A stretch of 64,000 nucleotides of DNA, from assembly GCF_009914755.1 (NCBI RefSeq), contig NC_060928.1. One strand, 5' to 3'. This document shows, piece after piece, positions 57,293-64,000 of the stretch (positions are counted from its first letter, which is position 1; the number at the start of each line of letters is the position of its first letter). The stretch comes from the human T2T-CHM13v2.0 reference genome, Homo sapiens. Position numbers and translations under genes: made by a program. The notes below the pieces were generated by a model. The model was not told the origin of the DNA, did not search any database, and was given only the letters and a program-made list of their open reading frames with translations.

Positions 57293-58109
57293 TAAGATGG
57301 CAGATATGTAGGATTTTAAGCTATCCTTTTGTTGTTGATTTGATTTTGCTATATTATTGCCGCAGTCTCTCAGATATTGAATTCTTGGAATTTAATTAGT
57401 TTTCACTGAGTCCCAGGAGAAATTCAATTTTTGTGAATGGTCCATGGATATTCAAAAACTCTATTTGCTTATTAGGTATTAAATATATATACTAATATAT
57501 TAGGTAAATATATATAAATATGTATATTAGTGAGCTTAATTTTAAATGTGTCTATACATGTTAAAAAATTCTGTACTTTCATGTTTTGTCAGTTTGATCT
57601 AAACCATTTTTGAGGAAGTGATAAAATCTCTAACTGAAATTGGAAATGCATCCACATCTCCCTATTGTTCTGCCCACTGCTCATGCCACTCCTCTCCTGA
57701 CAAAACAGAAACTTCTGAAACCAAGGGGAAAGGGGAATTGTTAATTAGAAGTAAATAGTAGCTAGTAATCATTTGTACTAGCTATGACCTCATGGCAGGA
57801 TTGTCGAAACGAGGCCTATTATTTGACTTGAATTGCTTTACTACTTGCTGGATTTTCTCTTGGTGAGAAAACTTCCCAAATTGTAATTCACCCTTAACAT
57901 CCCCCTACAGCTAGATGAGGCAAATGCCAGTATGCCCTGTGGCCAATGGATAGCCTGAAGAACCAAGTAATATTCATCATCAATTCTCCCATGACAGCAG
58001 TTTCTTCTGCTTTTGTCCAATAAGCAAAAAAATTTCAATATTTATGAATAGATGTACAATAAAACAATTGGTGGTCAAAGAACGGGGATAATTTTAAGAG
58101 GCTTCTATG

Positions 58110-58290
58110 TAAAGGTGTCTAAACTGTGCCAGACACTTACCGTGTTCCTTCGGACAAACTACTTAACTCCACCTTCCTTCATAGTAGTGTAGACCTCACA
58201 AAGTGGCAAGAGGATTGAACAAGTTAGCATACTGTTAGCACTTAGAATGTACTAAAGTCATATAATATGCATTTGATAGTCATTAGATAT
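58110..58290 (+). mobile_element. MIR fragment
   Basis: GGACAAACTACTTAACTCC...ACCTCACAAAGTGGCAAGAGGATTGAA...AGCACTTAGAA. Confidence 0.65.
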
Positions 58291-58419
58291 TATTGGCTGC
58301 ATTTCACTTTTCATATTCTTTCCACTTTCTTGATTTATTCATGCTTTGTGTAACTGTGTATGTGGTGTGTGTTTATGTAGAGGAAACCTGTTATAGGCAT
58401 TATATTCTCTGGGAATTTT

Positions 58420-58835
58420 ACTTCTTCAAAATCATTCACCCATCTACTTGTGCAGGGACCTTAGAACAATTTTTAGACTCTATTTGGGGTTAGAACGTAG
58501 TATCTGTTATTGTGACTAAAGATTTGAGTCTTTGAGTTGTTCTCTTGATTGTGGAAGATGTATAGCCTAAGGCATTGCAGAGAGAAAGCCAGTACACAGA
58601 AGAATAGAGCTAGAATTCAGTCACCCAGAGACATAGAGATAAGAAATGGCGAGAAAATAATGCCTGGTTTCATATCGCTTTCCATTTCCAGATTTTCAGC
58701 CCTTCTGAGGCCAGATGGCATTCCTGACAAAGAGTTTTTCAAGACATTACTATATTCTTATCATAACTCCTCTTTTGTTTCAATTACTTGAATTGGTTTC
58801 TGTTATTTGCATCTAAAAGAGTATCAAACAATACA
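58420..58835 (+). mobile_element. Old MLT1-family MaLR LTR
   Basis: 3' end TTGAATTGGTTTCTGTTATTTGCATCTAAAAGAGTATCAAACAATACA. Left boundary is uncertain. Confidence 0.55.
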
Positions 58836-59888
58836 ATCTAATAGACCATAACAAGCTTAGTAAGGCTAAAAATTGTGTCCTTGACTGCTTCTGGGATCCG
58901 AAGATAATACAGCGATCATTGTTTGACATCTTTTCACTAACCACATATCTGAAACACAAAGCTCAGGATGTCTGTCATCCATCCAACTTGAACAAATTTG
59001 AGAAATAAAAGATGACATCAATGAAGGTATTCTGAAACTACAATAAATTGTTTCATCATCTAAAATAGACATTCATCTTAGATCCAAAGATTCTTAGTAG
59101 ATGCCCACTGCTCTTTTCCCTTTTAGTTCTCCTGCCTCATTTCATTTCCTACCCAGCTCATGCAAACTTATTCCATGGGGCTATGTGCTTCCATTTTTCC
59201 ATTCTCACTGATGGAAAGCCATCAATTCACATCATCTTCAACTGGCAATTTCATTTCATCAAAAAGTATATGTTGAGACTAATATTTTCCAGACAGCCTA
59301 CTTGAGTTAGGTTGTGGCTACAAAATGCAATAGACATGGTTTCTAAACCCAAAGTATCATCTCTCTCAGAGTATGCCTAGTTGTGATAAGGTGGGGAAGA
59401 GGAGATGGTTCTTTTGCATGCCTGTTATTTGTTTTCATTAAGAGCTACATTAAGGAAATACTCTTGGCCTCTTTCTAGAACAGTAGTGTCTTAATCTTAC
59501 AGGTGAGTTTGGTGGAAAAAAAAACAACAACTGATGATATGTATTTTCTTCTTGGGAAGCAGCCTGACCACAGAGGACATCAATTCTACTGGGCATTAAT
59601 TCACACTATAAGTTTTATAGGGTCAAGGATCCGTGGGAAAAAGCTTGAATGGTACAAGGCTGCCTATAGTTAGATGGGCACATTTTTTTAACCCTAGAGT
59701 TCAATATTAGAAAGTCCACTTGTCCATAGCTATGAGTCATATTCTCCTGTGTTAGCTGTATCTGCATGATGGTGGTATTTTGTTCTTCTATCTGCCTTAT
59801 AATTTAGATATATGTCTTAATTGATTAATAGACCCAGTGGAAAAGAGTGTTACTAGCCTCCTCAAGAACACTAACAATGTGTATCTAG

Positions 59889-60252
<364 letters not shown>

Positions 60253-62038
60253 CCCGATGGAATTTTCACCACCCAAAATTCAGGACTTCACAAATGGAAA
60301 TGTGTGCCAATCTCCAACCATTCCATAAAGGGAAATCAGAAGTTTATCACCAAGCATGCCTGTTTCAGTCACATATGACCCTAATCATCAACTCATTCAG
60401 CTGAAACCTCAGAGTCACAATGACTCATCCTCCTCTTATTCTAGTAAGTTAGGCATAGAGTCCTGTTGGTTTTTTCTTCACAAATGTTTTATTTATCTGC
60501 TTTCATCACTAATCCCAATCTAGACTTCTTCATGCCTGCTCATTGCAAAAGCTCATCAGCTATATTTTGCTGATTCTAGATTTTTTCCTTATAATCTCTC
60601 CAGCAGAGCTGACAACATAATCTTGTTTAGTTGCCACTTTGACCACATTATTCCTGCCCAAAATACCTTCAGTGACTTCCGTCTTCAGATCAAATTCTTT
60701 TTCATGTTTTAAAGGCTCTGTCATAAGTGAATATAAATAACACAACCAACTTCTTCATATTTGTTATTCTCTAGTCTACTTGGACTTAACTCTTTTATAA
60801 ACCAAAAGCATGGTCCACTTTTACTATATGTCTTTACTGAAATTGTAAACCACACATATATCATCATCTGAAATCAACTTCTACCCCCCCTGTCAATCAC
60901 CTCCAAATATTTAAGGACTAAAGCGAAGCCCAGCATGTCATATCCATTAACTTATTTACAATTATAACACACAGTTTCCAGTTAATCATACACTGTATTA
61001 AATTGTGTATTTCTGTGGTTTTATAGATTCATCTTTATCCAAGCTGAATTACTGTGAGTTCCTAGGGCTGAAGAATCATGGTACATTCCCCACATCATAA
61101 AATTCATTATTAATCATATAGTAGATACAAAATATTTAATAATTGATTGCCTTATAAATAAAACGAAGTAATTGCCTTCACCTAAGAGATGGCTTGATTC
61201 AACAGTTTGAAGCTTGAGTCATTTGATAATCAAAATCTGCTCTGACCTCTGATTTTCTCTGTTGTTCTAGGCAAGCCATTTTACTTACTTTGGACTCATT
61301 TTCTTAATCCAAAAATGGAAGTAAGGCTTGTCATCTGTCTTATTCATAGTCACAGGTGAGGAGTATCCTAGTCAATACAAGGCACATAGCTAATACAAAG
61401 TTTAATAAAAATGATAAATAACATCTATTACAAAATTGAACCATTGTTCAATTTCTTCTGCCCTTTCAGTTCTTTGATTCAATATTCTTTCACTGAAATC
61501 TGAGAGCTTTAATTTGAAAAAGCGTTTTACTAATAATTGTAGACTTTCTACATTAGCTTTTTCTTATCATTAGGCACACCTGGATGATATCAAATTATTC
61601 TTTTAAGGAAATCAATATATCACGAAAAATGCATAGAAGAACATCTGGCAATAACATTTCAGGTAAGGGAAATTTGAGTATGAGAAAACTATATCATAGA
61701 ATTCCCTGTTTTCCATGGAAACTTTCTTTAAATAATTTAAAATAATATTTTCTCTATTTTTTTATTCCTTAAGCAAAATTACTGTTCTTTTGCTACAAGA
61801 GCCACTTTTCTTTTATTGTGAATTATGAAGAGTAGAAAAAAATGAAAAAAAAAATCATTCCCTGAGTCTCTAAAGAATCAGAAAAAGCTTTAAATAATTT
61901 TATTATATTGACGATTTTCATAGTAAACCATTAAAATCAAATAAATGCCTTGACTTGAGAGACAATAACTTTGTTAATAACATATCATGTTAATTAGATT
62001 TTGTTTAGTGTTTTCATGTGGGCAAAATATACATTTTA

Positions 62039-62334
62039 GGCCGGGCATGGTGACTCATGCCTGTAATCCCAGCATTGTGGGAGGCTGAGGCAGGTGGATC
62101 ACTTGGGATCAGAAGTTCGAGACCAGCCTGACCAACATGGCGAAACCCTGTCTCTACTAAAAATTCAAAAATTAGCCAGGCATGGTGGCACACACGTGTA
62201 ATCCCAGCTACTTAGAAAGCTGAGGCACGAGAATCCCTTGGACCTGGGAGGTAGAGGTTGCAGTGATCCGAGATTGTGACACTTAACTCCAGCCTGGCCA
62301 ATAGAGTGAGACTGTGTCTCAATAAATAAATAAA
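62039..62334 (+). mobile_element. Alu (AluS)
   Basis: Full Alu with (AAAT)n tail and TSD ATTTTAG. Confidence 0.95.
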
Positions 62335-62819
62335 TTTTAGAAGTTAAAATTAGAATAAAAAATCAAAACACCAGAAGAGTATTTATTTTTTAAAAATCAC
62401 AGATGTTAGAGATAATAATCAGTGAGTACTTAACAATGCAGATCAGATATAATCTAACTTGGAAGAGAGGAGGGAAACATGCTAAGGAGAGACGATGGTA
62501 AAATTCCTAGAAATAAAATTTCCCACATTTCTTAATTATATAATTCCTCCAATTATTTTCTCTTTCCAAATATGTGTCTTAAGCCCATTGCAGTTTACAA
62601 AGGTAAAATATAAGATTTTTTAAAAAATAAATAAAACTCAAACCTTTTTTTTTACTATTTAAAAAAATTCTATGTACATGTGAGAAGGAAATATTTGAAA
62701 TTTTGATAAAGTTCACTGTTTATATTATATGTACATATTTCACTTGCCTATGCTATCTCCATTATATTGGTAAATACTGAAATCTAGAATATTGCCTAAT
62801 AAGTGCTCTACACTTGCTT

Positions 62820-63265
62820 CTCCTAGAGTGAATTCTGTACTTTGCTCCTATACTCTAGTTGTGCTGGTCTTTCATTTGTTTTCTTAAACAAGCCTTGCTT
62901 ATTTTATTCTGGCTTAGAGCTATTGTCACATCATTCACTTGGCCTGTAACACTCCTCACCCTGCCTCCTCTTATCTCGTTAATGTGCACTCATCCTTCAA
63001 TAGCAACTCATACTACATCTTCAGGAAAGCCTTTGCCAACATCCCAGACCAGATCACATCCACCTGGCTGTACTGTCTTACAGCACCTGAGACTAATCCT
63101 AATTTGTGACTACACATTTGACTGATTAAGAAAAAGCATCTCTCCCCCCAACTAGACGGTAGGTTCATGAGGCAGAGGCACTATCTAAACTGTTAGTTGT
63201 TGCATTTACAATATTGATTTGTCATACGGGAAGTGCTGAGTGAATTTTTGCTGAATTAATGAACG
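62820..63265 (+). mobile_element. L2 3' fragment
   Basis: ACATCTTCAGGAAAGCCTT...CCCCCAACTAGACGGTAGGTTCATGAGGCAGAGG...TTTGCTGAATTAATGAA. Confidence 0.7.
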
Positions 63266-64000
63266 AAGAACTAAATTTTGACTGTAGATCATTGAGTAAC
63301 AAATTATTAAAGGAACATGGCAATGTGAGAATTAAAAAGAGAACATTAAGTAAGCTGAAGGCAGCATTCCGAACATGAAATAAATTTTTATGGTGTCCTT
63401 AGATTTTAGGAAACAAAACATATGATCATAATGATATGTTATACAGTTACAATGTTAATTACATCACAAAAGTAAAATTAGTTTATCTTGTTTTCAATAA
63501 AAATGAAAACTAGTGGAAAATAACTTTCCCATATGTCTCTTAGGGTTATCTTCATTTACACTTACTAAGTTATTTTATCGTAGCTGGAGAGTTATTTCAA
63601 TGTTTGTAGTGTTTAGCCTGCATTAACACCTCCAAAATCCTGTTTTATGCCTTTCAGAGATTAATAAATGTTAGAAGCTAAAATTTTGAAGGAATTGAAT
63701 CCTAATTATATTTTTACTTCTGAATTCTTTCAAACCTCAAATGTTTTCTAGATCATAGTTTTAGCCACTGCCCACTAGTGACCAGGTGTTCTTAAGCTTA
63801 AGAACATTAAAAGAACAAAAACAACAACAACAAAAAAACAGGCCTGACTTTCAAAGTCAGATCTCTAGGGAGTCTGCAAATGTAATTGTTAGGGCATGTG
63901 GAGACAAAAGCAACAGTACACTTACCCACCCAAAGCCTGCTTGTCTCAGCATGTGTAATCATCTCAAATCCTTATAAATTAGACATTGCCTAAAAATTTA

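Overview
AT-rich primate (most likely human) genomic DNA that looks intergenic or intronic and is dominated by transposable elements. I see about 20 Alus, several L1s, many ERV/MaLR LTRs, DNA-transposon relics (MER2, MADE1, MER3, MER33) and MIR/L2 fragments. No protein-coding gene, tRNA, rRNA or CRISPR array can be supported. The ORF track mostly consists of Alu-, L1- and LTR-derived or chance ORFs. The main structure is a nested insertion at ~18.5-36.2 kb. An apparently full-length ancient minus-strand L1MA carries a two-LTR class III (ERVL, MER76/LTR47-like) provirus with a decayed reverse transcriptase. That provirus in turn carries a complete MST MaLR provirus, and a younger L1PA plus five Alus are also inserted. 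A dense solo-LTR cluster (LTR8, MER41, MER34, LTR7) lies at 9.8-14.9 kb. A few exon-like and RNA-structure-like signals in unique DNA are reported as low-confidence leads. I found no convincing novel biological system. Repeat subfamily names come from recalled consensus sequences, not from a database search.
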